Shown: positions 9,059 to 22,357 of the stretch, piece by piece
Layout: every line of letters begins with the position of its first letter
Position numbering within the stretch: position 1 is the stretch's first letter
Source of the DNA: an uncultured Bacteroidales bacterium
GTDB lineage: Bacteria > Bacteroidota > Bacteroidia > Bacteroidales > VadinHA17
NCBI GenBank assembly: GCA_963818295.1
Contig: CAWFRW010000007.1
Coordinates: forward strand, 74,938 to 138,937
Direction: 5' to 3'
DNA length: 64,000 bases
Translations under genes and position numbers: made by a program
Notes under the pieces: generated by a model
Told to the model about the DNA's origin: nothing
Seen by the model: only the letters and a program-made list of their open reading frames with translations
Database searches by the model: none

Positions 9059-10574
9059 TTAGCTTTCCCGTATTCTGTTAAACGCTTTACCCAGACAATT
9101 AATTATATCTGATGCAATTAATGATTCAAAAGATGATTCTGCTGCTGCAATATCGCCTGCAAGTCCATGCAGATACACGCCGGCAACAGCTGCATTAACT
9201 GGTGTCAGGCCCTGTGCAAGCAAAGATAACAAGATTCCTGTAAGAACATCACCACTTCCTGCAGTTGCCATACCCGGATTTCCCGTACTGTTGAAAAATA
9301 CTGTCCCGTCGCTTGTTGTAATTGAAGTAAAGGCACCTTTCAGAATAACAATGCAATTGTGTTCCCTGCTGAATGCCAGCTGTCTGTCAAGCCTTGCAAA
9401 TCCATTATCAGTGCTGCCTGCAAGCCGTTCAAACTCTTTCGGGTGCGGTGTCAGGATAGTGTCAGGTTGAAGTAAAGAGAGCCAGTCTTTATGCATTGAC
9501 AGAATATTGAGGGCATCAGCATCAAGGACAACCGGCCTCCTGCAATTTTTCAGCAGCTGTTGGATTGCATTCTGTGTTTCAGCTCCCGTACCCAAACCGG
9601 GCCCTGCTCCCACAGCGCTGAAATGATCAGTGTTTCCGATATCAGAAACATATTCTGTCGAACGATCCGGTCTTATCATAGCTTCAGGAATCGCACCGGG
9701 CATTACAAGAGCTCCGCAAAAAGGAATATGGCAGGTTAATAATCCTATCCCTGATCTGAGAGCTGCTCCGGCGCCAAGGATACAGGCTCCTATTTTACCT
9801 GAGGATCCCGCGACAAGCAAACCATGACCAAAACTTCCTTTATGGTCAAAGCGTTTTCTCTTTTTCAGCAGAGGCAAAACATCACTGTTGCCTAAAAGGA
9901 TGAAAGGAGATCTGGTATCGCGTATTGCATTATTATGCAAGCCTATGGGCAGGGTGAACCATTCACCTGTGTACCGGAAGTTTTCGGCAAACATGAATGA
10001 AAGCCGGGGAAACTGAAAACAAAGGGTATAATCTGCCCTGACTATAGCTTCAGGGTTATTCATGCTGTTATCTTCACCGAACAATCCGGATGGCATATCT
10101 ATCGAAATCTTCAGAGCCTCTGTTCTGTTTATCTCCTTTATTATACCGGCCGCCAGTCCTTCAGCAGGCCGTGTTAGTCCTGAACCAAATATTGCATCGA
10201 TTATTACATCATCAGTGGAGATACCCGGAAATTGATCGGTACTTTTTATCTGCTTAAGTCTGACATCAGTCGTCTTCAAGAAGTCTTATCCTGTTCTGTT
10301 CCCAGTCTGAAGATGTTTTTTCGGTAAACTGCACATTATATACCTCCACATCGTATCGGTTTGCAGCCAGCATTCGTGCAAGAGCCAGACCGTCACCACC
10401 GTTGTTTCCGGGACCAGTAAAAATAAATACCCTGTGAGAACGCTCAAAACGGGCAATATACCAGTTCAGGAGCTGCTGGGCTGCCCTTTCCATAAGATCA
10501 ATAGAAGCTACCGGTTCATAGCTGATCGTATATTTATCAATTTCCCTTATCTGTTCGCACCTGAATATCTTCAT
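9059..10574 (-). pseudogene. nnr: bifunctional NAD(P)H-hydrate repair enzyme (epimerase + ADP-dependent dehydratase), one frameshift near 10270
   Basis: The YjeF_N part (MKIFRCEQIREIDKYTI…GPGNNGGDGLALAR) is in 10266..10574. The carbohydrate-kinase-like part (…GMATAGSGDVLTGI…) is in 9059..10279. Confidence 0.85.
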
Positions 10575-10843
10575 CCTGAAATTATTCATGATACGCAAAT
10601 TTACATAAAAAGAAAATGCCGGGCACCTAACTAGAGTATAGTTATCGTGATACCCGGCATTTGAACCCAATTCATACAGAGTTGTATTCAGAATTCAGTT
10701 AACATCACATTTCAATTATTATATATCGAATATTATTCAGAGCTCTGCTTCAATTTCAAGGCTTTAACCTGTTGAATCATTTGTCTTTCTTCTTTCACGG
10801 AAACAGATATCCATCGGCAGAATAATATATTTGTTCGCTGTGT

Positions 10844-10855
10844 TTTTTTGCTGTT
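10844..10855 (+). promoter_or_regulatory. promoter-like 12-mer AATATATTTGTT (contains TAnnTTTG)
   Basis: Same 12-mer as at 11268 and 48709. TAnnTTTG is the Bacteroidota -7 promoter element. No ORF follows within about 500 nt. Confidence 0.3.
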
Positions 10856-11267
10856 CAGTATCCCTGTTACATGGTGGTACATAATGTTTTCAGAAAGAGT
10901 GTTATTACTGAGGGTTAAAAGTAATAGTGGAGGTGAAAATCAACTCCACTATTTACGACCTAACCTAACCTGTAAAGAATGTCTCGTTTTCCTGTTCCTT
11001 TTCTTTAAATTTTAAATTAATACTTCCGTATTTTCTGAGGTACGGTTTACCTGTTTGCTTCCGATTAAACCAAAGGATGTGCCAGAATTTATCTGATTTC
11101 CTGAAAGCAACAGCCTCCTGTCTGCATGTGACTTAATATCAATGATTAACAGAACTAATCTAATTTATACAGCAGAAATTGACCTGAAAAAAAACGGAGC
11201 CGGGATGAAATTCCGGTGAAAAATTCGCACATGTGTGCGAAAACGGACCTATAAGGAATTAATATTT

Positions 11268-11279
11268 TAATATATTTGT
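11268..11279 (+). promoter_or_regulatory. promoter-like 12-mer AATATATTTGTT upstream of the POT gene
   Basis: TATATTTG at 11270-11277, about 105 nt before ATG 11384. A hairpin (TGCAAATCAG…CTGATTTGCA, about 11299-11331) lies in the putative leader. Confidence 0.35.
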
Positions 11280-11383
11280 TTACGGACCATTCTTAGTGCA
11301 AATCAGCCGGATGCTGTCTCTGATTTGCATTAGGAAAGCACCCGGTTGTTTTGCGATTAGTTATTAACCAATATTGTGCTTAT

Positions 11384-13216
11384 ATGCTAAAGAATCATCC
11401 CAATGGATTACTGGTAGCCTTTCTTCTCAAATATGGGTGAAAGATTTGGATTTTATACAATGATGGCTATCCTTGTTCTTTTTCTCCAGGCCAAATTCGG
11501 ACTTTCAGCTGAAAAAGCCGGGACTATTTACAGCTGGTTCTATTTCAGCATATATGCTCTTGCTCTTTTAGGAGGCATACTTGCTGATGCCACAAAGAAA
11601 TACAAGCTGGTTATTCTGTCCGGAATAATAATAATGTTTGCCGGGTATATTATTATGGCGGTTCCCGGGCATGACTCTCACAATAACTATTGTCGGTCTT
11701 TTCACAATTGCACTGGGGAATGGTTTGTTCAAGGGTAATCTTCAGGCTGTTGTCGGTCAGATGTATGATGATCCAAGATATTCAAAATTCAGGGACTCTG
11801 CATTTATGATCTTTTACATGGGGATAAATGTCGGGGCATTCTTTGCGCCATTTGCTGCAACCGGTATGCGAAACTGGTGGCTGAAAGTGAACGGATTCGC
11901 ACACGATGGCAGTCTTCCGTCACTATGCCATCAGCTCATTAACGGAACACTTACTGACACAACAACACTTCAGCAGCTTGCAGATAAGGTAAGCCTGAGT
12001 GGTCCGGTTACTGATCTTTCAGCCTTTGCAACACGATACCTCGAAGTATTTTCCAGGGGTTACAATTATGCTTTTGGTATTGCAGCCGGTGCTATGGTGA
12101 TCTCTCTGCTCGTTTATATCTTCTTCAGCAGACTTTTTCCAAACAAGGAGAAGAAGGTCACAGAGCTTGTTGAAAAAGTCGATTTCAGTCCAATGGCCCT
12201 CGTATTTGCAGCCGCTGCAATGGTGATAACTGCCTTTGGACTTCATTTTATAAAGAATGTAGGCTGGACATCAGGCTTTGCTTTCGGTCTTTTTGCAGGA
12301 TTCATAACATGGATCATTCTGAGTGCAAAGAAAGAGGAGATGGCAAGAATAGTTGCCCTTGTACTTGTCTTCATTGTTGTTATTTTCTTCTGGATGTCGT
12401 TCCATCAGAATGGACTTACTCTTACGCTTTTTGCCAGAGATTATACAGCCAAACAGGTGGGTCCGTTTACAAATATGTTTTTCACATTACCCTCAATGCT
12501 GGCAGTTGTTGGTGCAATTGCAGGACTGGTGCTGCTCCTTCGCAGGAATATTTCAGGAAAGGCAAGGATCACCGGAGGTATTTTGCTTGTTGCTTGCACT
12601 TGCATATTCCTCATTTCTTCTTACAGGCTTTGATCCTACTACAATTTTAGGCAGGGGCTTAACTCCCTTCGGCTCACAGAATTCAATTTCCCCTGAAGTC
12701 TTTCAGTCGTTTAATCCACTTTTCATTGTAGCACTTACTTTTCCTGTGATGGGAGCATTTGCATGGCTTAATAAAAAAGGGATTGAACCTTCAACACCAA
12801 AAAAGATCGGCATTGGAATGATAATAGCAGCAGTCGGATTTATTGTGGTTCTGATTTCATCAATCGGGCTTCCTTCACCCTCTTCGCTTGCAGGGGCACC
12901 GGTGAACGAGAGCTGACAGGGTATCACCATACTGGCTTATAAGCAGTTACCTCATACTTACAATTGCAGAACTATTCCTCAGTCCAATGGGTCTGTCATT
13001 CGTATCAAAAGTAGCTCCATCGAGGTTCCAGGGATTAATGCAGGGCGGCTGGCTGCTTGCAACTGCAGTCGGAAATAAACTGCTTGTGGTCGGAACAATT
13101 CTATGGGATAAGGTAGCGCTTTCAACACTCTGGATGGTTTTATTGTCTGCTGCCTTGTCTCAGCTGCATTCATATTCTCAATTCTTAAAAGACTGGATAA
13201 AGTCGGTAATGGCTGA
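11384..13216 (+). pseudogene. POT/PTR2-family di-/tripeptide:H+ symporter (at least 5 frame changes)
   Basis: MLKNHPNGLLVAF… shifts into …GERFGFYTMMAIL (POT ExxERFxYY-type motif). Fragments 11433..11738, 11638..12633, 12353..12916 and 12987..13328, plus a terminal frame ending …FIFSILKRLDKVGNG-stop (13214-13216). Confidence 0.8.
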
Positions 13217-13440
13217 AAATTTATCATGGTTATGCCATGGCATGATGAGTTTGGCGTGGCTTAGATCATCGAATCATCGGCAAGTCAACGATATTCGCAT
13301 GATCATGTGCAATGCACTGACATACTAAAATTGCAGTTTAGAAACGTTTATCTCAGTAACTGGATTTTCATTAATAAATTCTTCATTTTTACTAAAATGT
13401 ATTTACCATTTTATGCTATTATATTTAATAATTGGTAATT

Positions 13441-13520
13441 ATGACTCTTAAAATTATACTGATTATTACTATTTTTGCATCCTTATTTAGTGCATCTTTA
13501 GGAGATGCATTTTTCATTTT
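13441..13520 (+). promoter_or_regulatory. candidate thr leader: Ile/Thr-rich short ORF plus terminator-like hairpin
   Basis: ATG 13441 encodes MTLKIILIITIF…. TGCATCT (13491-13497) pairs with AGATGCA (13503-13509), followed by TTTTTCATTTT, ending 15 nt before the thrA ATG. Confidence 0.3.
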
Positions 13521-13531
13521 AGAAAAGGTAA

Positions 13532-15966
<2,435 letters not shown>

Positions 15967-15978
15967 AGAGCGTAGATT

Positions 15979-17347
15979 TTGAAGAATCAATTATACTATT
16001 CAACCAATCTGAAGTCAGACAGAGCTACCTTCAGGGAAGCACTGCTTAAGGGACTTGCTCCTGACGGCGGACTATACATGCCTGAATCAATTCCTTTTAT
16101 TGAAAGGGATGAAATGAAAGGATTTTCCGGCAAAAAATATTTTGAAATTGCCTTTTCAGTCCTGAACAGATTAATCGGCAATGAGATCGATGCAAGCGAC
16201 CTTCTTGAACTCTGCAGGGATGCCTATTATTTTGATGTGCCTCTCGAGAAAGTGAACAACCGGAAATATATACTATGCGTCTCGATCAGGGTCCTACAGC
16301 CTCCTTCAAGGATTTTGCTGCAAGGATGATGAGCAGGCTTATGCAGCATTATCTCTCTCTCAGCAACAGGCATCTGACAATCCTTACTGCAACATCAGGC
16401 GATACAGGAAGCGCTGTAGCCAATGCCTTCTTCGGACTAAAAAATATAAATGTAATTATTCTCTTCCCCTGCCAGTGAAGTAACTGCAATGCAGAGGAAG
16501 CAGATGACTACACTCAATGACAATATCAGTGTAATATCCCTGAATGGCAAATTTGATGACTGCCAGAGACTTGTAAAACAGGCTTTTACAGATCCTTCTC
16601 TTTCGGCAGTCCCGCTCTCATCTGCCAATTCGATAAACATCGGAAGGCTCTTGCCACAATCGGTCTATTATATTTATGCGTGGTCGAGACTGGCAGAAAG
16701 TATTGAGGATAAGGCTGTTTTCAGTGTTCCTTCCGGCAATTTCGGCAACCTGATGGGTGGCCTTATTGCAAGGCAGATGGGCCTTCCTGTTGAAAAATTT
16801 ATACTGTCCACAAATGAGAATGATGAAGTCCCTGAATTCCTCCGGACAGGTATTTATAACTCCATATCACCCTCACTCAATTGCATCTCAAGTGCAATGA
16901 ATGTCGGACATCCAAGTAATCTCGCCAGAATTGTTGCATTATACGGAGGAATGATGGATGAAACAGGTACAATCCATAAGGAGCCAGACCTGACAAGGAA
17001 TGCGGAAAGATCTTTATGGAATAAGTGTTACCGATAACGAGACCAGGGAAACTATTTCAGAGATATTCAGGGATTAGGGGTATTTTACTCGAGCCGCACG
17101 GAGCAATTGCATGGCGTGGAATGAATGAGTATCTGAGACAGAATGAAATCCCGGAAAATAATGACAAGCTGTTTATTTCGCTGGAAACAGCTCATCCTGC
17201 AAAATTTCCTGAAGAGTTACGCCGGATACTGAATACAGAACCATCGCTTCCTGAATCTCTGAAAGGCATTGAAGCAAAATCAGAAAACTATAAAACATGG
17301 ATAATAATTATGATTTGCTCAGGAAGTTTATCCTCAATAATTTTTAA
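15979..17347 (+). pseudogene. thrC: threonine synthase (several frame changes)
   Basis: LYYSTN…LAPDGGLYMPESIPF N-terminus and the PLP-lysine motif GPTASFKDFAA. Fragments 15979..16329, 16275..16478, 16489..17037 and 17025..17357; the true tail …SENYKT-MDNNYDLLRKFILNNF-stop ends at 17347. Confidence 0.9.
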
Positions 17348-17367
17348 ATACGTGTAACTGGTAAGAT

Positions 17368-17980
17368 ATGTATGTAATTTGTTCTGATCTCGAAGGGGTT
17401 TTTGTACCCGAAATATGGATAAATGTTTCAAAACAAACCGGTATTGATGAATTGAAGCTTACTACAAGAGATATAAGCGATTATGATGTATTGATGAAGA
17501 GAAGACTGGAACTGCTTGACGAACACAATCTTACACTTCATGACGTTCAGAGGGTCATATCGCCAGCTCAAACCACTTCCCGGTGCAATTGAATTTGTAG
17601 ACTGGGCCCGCTCATGCACACAGCTGATAGTTGTTTCCGACACATTTATAGAATTTGCCGATCCGCTTATAAGACAACTTGGAAGACCTACCCTGTTATG
17701 CCACCATCTCACCACCGATGGTGACGGAAAAATAACAAATTACAACCTCCGGCAAAAAGATGCAAAGAAGAAGGTAGTAGAGTCTCTGCAAAATCTTAAT
17801 TACAAAGTCATTGCAATCGGGGATTCCTATAATGACCTGAACATGCTCAGAAAAGCTGAACTTGGAATACTTTTTAATGCCCCTCAGAATATTAAAGATG
17901 AAAACACGGACCTTTTATCTGTGAATTCATTCGATGAACTCAGGGAAGTAATAACAAGACATCTCAACGGGGAGATATAA
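17368..17980 (+). pseudogene. thrH: phosphoserine phosphatase / homoserine phosphotransferase ThrH (one frameshift near 17560)
   Basis: Collinear, from memory, with Pseudomonas ThrH: CSDLEGVFVPEIWI…TTRDISDYDVLMKRRLELLDEH…; then …LKPLPGAIEFVDW…SDTF.EF..PL.RQLG.PTLLCH…LRQKD…IAIGDSYNDLNML. Confidence 0.75.
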
Positions 17981-18125
17981 ACAAAACATCATATATATCA
18001 TATCTACATATCAGAAGGGCAACTTCAATTTGGCTTACTTCAACCCTTCATTTTGACCGATATTGCATATTCATATGCAGTTAATAGAACAGATAATCAT
18101 GGTCGTAAATTGATTTTCTTCGTTT

Positions 18126-18180
18126 ACCCCGACCCCATGGGGAGCGAAGAAAATCGATTTTCTCCCCTTGGGGCCGGGGT
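18126..18180. repeat. 55-nt near-perfect palindrome (likely bidirectional terminator)
   Basis: ACCCCGACCCCATGGGGAG…centre AGAAAATCGATTTTCT…CTCCCCTTGGGGCCGGGGT, followed by an A-run. Lies after thrH. Confidence 0.8.
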
Positions 18181-18298
18181 AAAAAAATTGATTTTCGAGC
18201 GGTGGGTCAAAGCCTGTTTCTTTTTTTTTACAGATAGACTGATGTTTGCAATAATATTTTTATATTTTTACCCCATCTGAAATTTAAGCCTGATCCCT

Positions 18299-19798
18299 AT
18301 GAAATTACCTCCTTCATCCAAAAACTGGCTGACAATCATCGGTTCAATAATTGCAGCAATAAATCTTCTTCTTATTCTGCTTCTCTTTGTCATATCCACT
18401 ATTTTTGACAAGGGGAGTACCAATCTCGGGCTTTTTATCTATATAATCCTTCCGGGGTTTCTGATCTTCGGACTGCTTCTTATTCCAATCGGGATGTTTC
18501 TTGAGAGGAAAAGGATCTTTAAGGGTCTGGTTCATGAGGCGGCCCGTCTGCCATATATTGATCTGAATGATCCAAGCCACAGGAATGGTTTTATTATTTT
18601 TACAATTACAACAATCATAGTACTTTTTCTCTCAACACTTGGAAGTTTCAAGGCCTATCATATAACTGAATCAGTTGAATTTTGCGGAACCTTATGTCAC
18701 CAGGTAATGGAGCCAGAACATACAGCCTATCTGAATTCTCCTCATGCAAACGTTGCATGCGTAGAATGCCATGTAGGATCAGGAGCATCATGGTATGTAA
18801 AATCGAAGTTATCAGGTCTGCATCAGGTATATGCAGTAATGACAAACATTTATCCCCGGCCTATTGAGACACCTCTTCACGACCTGCGTCCTGCAAGGGA
18901 GACTTGCGAAAAATGCCACTGGCCTCAGAAATTTTATGCAAGATCGCTGTGGACTAACAAATATTTTCTTGCCGATTCTGCAAATACGGAATGGGATATA
19001 ATGCTTCAGATGAAAACAGGTCCGGAGTACAGCGGCTTAGGATTGAAAGAAGGAATTCACTGGCATATAAATCCTGATGTAAATATTGAATATATCTCTG
19101 AAAATGATAAGCGTGAGAATATTACTTATGTAAAATATACAAACAAATCGACCGGTAAGGTAACAATCTACAGAAATGAGAATAATCCTGTCTCAGACAG
19201 TCTTATTTCGGCATCTTCAACAAGAACAATGGATTGTATTGATTGTCACAACCGTCCTTCGCACAACTATAAATCACCTTCTGTTTATTTCAACAAAGCA
19301 ATGCTTACAGGCGCTGTTTCAAAAAGCATCCCATTTTTCAAGAAGGCAGCAATGGATATTTTGCGTGAAACCTTTACTGACAAAGACACTGCCATGATGA
19401 AAATTGAAGAGGGCATTGCAAGATTTTACAAAACAGATTACAGTGATTATTATGATAAAAACAGGAATCTTATTGACAGCTCTGTAGCATCAGTACAGAA
19501 GGCATTCAACCAGAATACTTTCCCAAGGATGAAGGTGACATATGATCATTATCCTGAGCATATCGGACATCTCGAATCAGATGGCTGTTTCAGGTGTCAC
19601 AATGATTCTTTTAAATCTGAAGATGGCAGAACGATCTCAAGGGACTGTAATCAGTGCCATACAATAGTGGGACAGGGAACTCCTGGCAATATGCAGTACA
19701 CAAGCATAAGAGAAAATCTGGAATTCCAGCATCCTGTTGATATTGGAACTGCATGGAAAGAATCCAATTGTTCGGAATGCCACAGCGCTCTTTATTAA
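18299..19798 (+). CDS. membrane-anchored multihaem c-type cytochrome, NapC/NirT-type (ImcH-like)
   Basis: Intact 499-aa ORF with three N-terminal TM helices. Six CxxCH motifs (CVECH, CEKCH, CIDCH, CFRCH, CNQCH, CSECH) plus one CGTLCH (CxxxCH). Confidence 0.8.
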   Translation: MKLPPSSKNWLTIIGSIIAAINLLLILLLFVISTIFDKGSTNLGLFIYIILPGFLIFGLLLIPIGMFLERKRIFKGLVHEAARLPYIDLNDPSHRNGFIIFTITTIIVLFLSTLGSFKAYHITESVEFCGTLCHQVMEPEHTAYLNSPHANVACVECHVGSGASWYVKSKLSGLHQVYAVMTNIYPRPIETPLHDLRPARETCEKCHWPQKFYARSLWTNKYFLADSANTEWDIMLQMKTGPEYSGLGLKEGIHWHINPDVNIEYISENDKRENITYVKYTNKSTGKVTIYRNENNPVSDSLISASSTRTMDCIDCHNRPSHNYKSPSVYFNKAMLTGAVSKSIPFFKKAAMDILRETFTDKDTAMMKIEEGIARFYKTDYSDYYDKNRNLIDSSVASVQKAFNQNTFPRMKVTYDHYPEHIGHLESDGCFRCHNDSFKSEDGRTISRDCNQCHTIVGQGTPGNMQYTSIRENLEFQHPVDIGTAWKESNCSECHSALY

Positions 19799-19899
19799 CC
19801 GTTGAAATTCCTGTAGAATTCAAATCATCCGCACGAAAAAATTTCTTTAAAATAACAGTATAATTGAGATAGTCTTACAAAAATATTTATAAAATCAAT

Positions 19900-21441
19900 A
19901 TGAAATCATCTGCAGTAAAAAATCGTATTATCCCGGCTTTTTTGACCCTTTTAAGGATACTGATAGGCTGGCAGTTTTTATACGAAGGACTTATTAAATT
20001 ATTCAATCCCGCCTGGACAGCCAGGCCATTTCTTGAAGGTTCGAGGTGGATTTTCGGCGATATTTTCAGGTGGATGATTTCAGGCAATACAGGTATGTGG
20101 CTCGTTGATACGGCTAATGCATACGGACTAACTCTTATAGGAATAGCGCTTATCCTTGGAATTTTCACAAGACTTGCAGCATGGGGTGGCGTTACGCTCC
20201 TGCTTATGTATTATGTTGCCTATCCACCTTTCGGAGGATTCAGCTATGGAGTGCCATCTGAAGGCAGTTATCTGATTGTTAACAAGAACATGATTGAGAT
20301 TTTTGCACTTGTTATGCTGGCGTTAACTGATGCAGGCAACTATTATGGGCTTGACGGACTGCGAAAAAGGAAGAAAGCTGAAGCCGCAGAAACCAAGGTA
20401 ATTGTAGAAGAACCTGATCCAAAGGAACCTAATTCACGTCGCGAACTGTTGAAAGGACTTGCCGGAATACCTGTTCTTGCAGTATTCTCAGGAGCCCTTG
20501 CAAGGAATATGTCCGAACTCGGACCAGATGCAATGTCAGGAGCAACGATTAAGGTTGATTTCAAGCAGAAGAATGATCTCAAGGGAAAACTCCCCGAAGG
20601 CAAACTGGGCAATCTGAATGTAAGCAGAATGATCCTGGGCTGCAACCTTATCGGAGGCTGGTCACATGCACGCGACCTCATTTATTCCGATAAGCTTTTC
20701 AAGGCATACAACAATGAGAGAAAGATTATTGAGACCCTTTACCTGGCAGAGCAGGCAGGAATAAATACTTCATTCATGGTAACCCAGTATTATGACACTT
20801 TCAATAAATATAAAAGCATATATAACAGCAATATGCAATCAATCTGCCAGGCTATGCTGCCCGACAAGGATTTCTTCTCGAATATAAATATGGCTATTGA
20901 CGCCGGTGCCACAGCAATTTATATACAGGGAGGCGAGGGTGACAGGTATTGCAACTCCCAGAAAGTAGATATGATCAACAAAGCTGTAGAGTATATTAAG
21001 AAGAACGGTTTCATGGCAGGAATGGGAGCACATTCAATTGAATCAATCAAAACAGTTGAAACTGCCGGTATCCCGGTTGATTTTTATGTAAAGACTTTAC
21101 ACCATGACAAATACTGGTCGGCTCATCCTATTGAGAACCGTGTCGAATACAGTGTTATAGGTCCGAACTCACCTGATCACAATCAGCTGCATGAAAATAT
21201 GTGGGATCTGTTTCCTCAGAAGACGATCGATTATATGAAGAGCATAAACAAACCATGGTTTGCCTTCAAGGTTCTGGCAGCAGGAGCAATTGAACCTAAG
21301 GAAGGCTTCAGGTTTGCATTCGAAAACGGAGCCGACTTTATCTGTGTTGGAATGTTTGATTTCCAGGTGATTGACAATGTCAATACAGCCTGTGAAGTCC
21401 TGGGTTCGCTTAACAACAGGGAAAGAGCCTGGTTCGCCTAG
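19900..21441 (+). CDS. DoxX-family membrane domain fused to an internal Tat-like motif and a ~330-aa soluble domain of unknown family
   Basis: Intact 513-aa ORF. Residues 1-150 are DoxX-like (FLTLLRILIGWQFLYEGLIK…AYPPFGG). A charged linker follows, then SRRELLKGLAGIPVLAVFSGALA (20434-20502), then a probable alpha/beta-barrel-like domain. Confidence 0.65.
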   Translation: MKSSAVKNRIIPAFLTLLRILIGWQFLYEGLIKLFNPAWTARPFLEGSRWIFGDIFRWMISGNTGMWLVDTANAYGLTLIGIALILGIFTRLAAWGGVTLLLMYYVAYPPFGGFSYGVPSEGSYLIVNKNMIEIFALVMLALTDAGNYYGLDGLRKRKKAEAAETKVIVEEPDPKEPNSRRELLKGLAGIPVLAVFSGALARNMSELGPDAMSGATIKVDFKQKNDLKGKLPEGKLGNLNVSRMILGCNLIGGWSHARDLIYSDKLFKAYNNERKIIETLYLAEQAGINTSFMVTQYYDTFNKYKSIYNSNMQSICQAMLPDKDFFSNINMAIDAGATAIYIQGGEGDRYCNSQKVDMINKAVEYIKKNGFMAGMGAHSIESIKTVETAGIPVDFYVKTLHHDKYWSAHPIENRVEYSVIGPNSPDHNQLHENMWDLFPQKTIDYMKSINKPWFAFKVLAAGAIEPKEGFRFAFENGADFICVGMFDFQVIDNVNTACEVLGSLNNRERAWFA

Positions 21442-21452
21442 CTGACAGCTTG

Positions 21453-22311
21453 CTATTTAAGTATTTCAGAGGTATACTGATCGGCAATATCTGCCTGATC
21501 TTTTGAGAGACCTGAAATAACCACAATCCGGTTATCTTTCCAGGCCAGGAAAACTGTACCGTTATAGCCATCGGCAAGAACATATTTGCCGCTTGACTGA
21601 TTCAAGTGCATCTGTTCCGGTCGAGGCAAGATAAGCTTCTGCTGATTTCCATGCTTCATCAGGTGTTTTGCAGTCAAAAATAAAAACAGAAAAATTATCT
21701 GGTCCTGACTCATAATTTGATTTAAAAGCCCTGTTCAGAAATTTATGTCCGAGAACACTCTCATTAATATACATCTCCTCATTCGGTTTTTTCCCTGTTG
21801 ACGGGGAACTGTGAAAGCACCGGCGGCATATCAGTGCTGCCTTCAAGCATACTCCGCCACTCTGAGAGCCAGTGATTCTACTGCCTGAAGTGTTTTCTCA
21901 CTTTTTGAAAAGGTCCTGATCTTTACATAATAATTCCCTTTGAAGAAATTTATTGAGCCGTCAGCACTGTAGCCCTGAGCTCCAAGCTTCATGTAATTGA
22001 ATGAAGGTGACCTTTCGGTTGAATAAATACCAAAAGCCATTAGTATGATCACTATGACGGTAAATTTCAAGCTTAATTACATTTTTCCCTTTTTTATATT
22101 CTGCAATATGAAGATCAGCAAATCCGTAGGCAAGATATGTCTCGGCTGCGCCATTTATAAAATCCCAGAGATTATCGGGCATGAATACCTGAAAATCAGT
22201 ATTTTTCTTATAACCTGACAAATCAGGGAACATAATTTCCTGAGCTGAGGCCGATCCTGTCAGCATAACAAGCAATAATCCGGAGAGAAGATTTTTTAAC
22301 ATTACAATCAA
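21453..22311 (-). pseudogene. hypothetical secreted protein (at least 3 frame changes)
   Basis: Signal peptide (…LTGSASAQE) in 21961..22311. Contiguous fragments 21843..22070, 21562..21846 and 21453..21713 read on from one another. No family recognised. Confidence 0.45.
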
Positions 22312-22357
22312 ATTGAATTATAATAAAATACAGATAGATATAATAATTACACAATCA

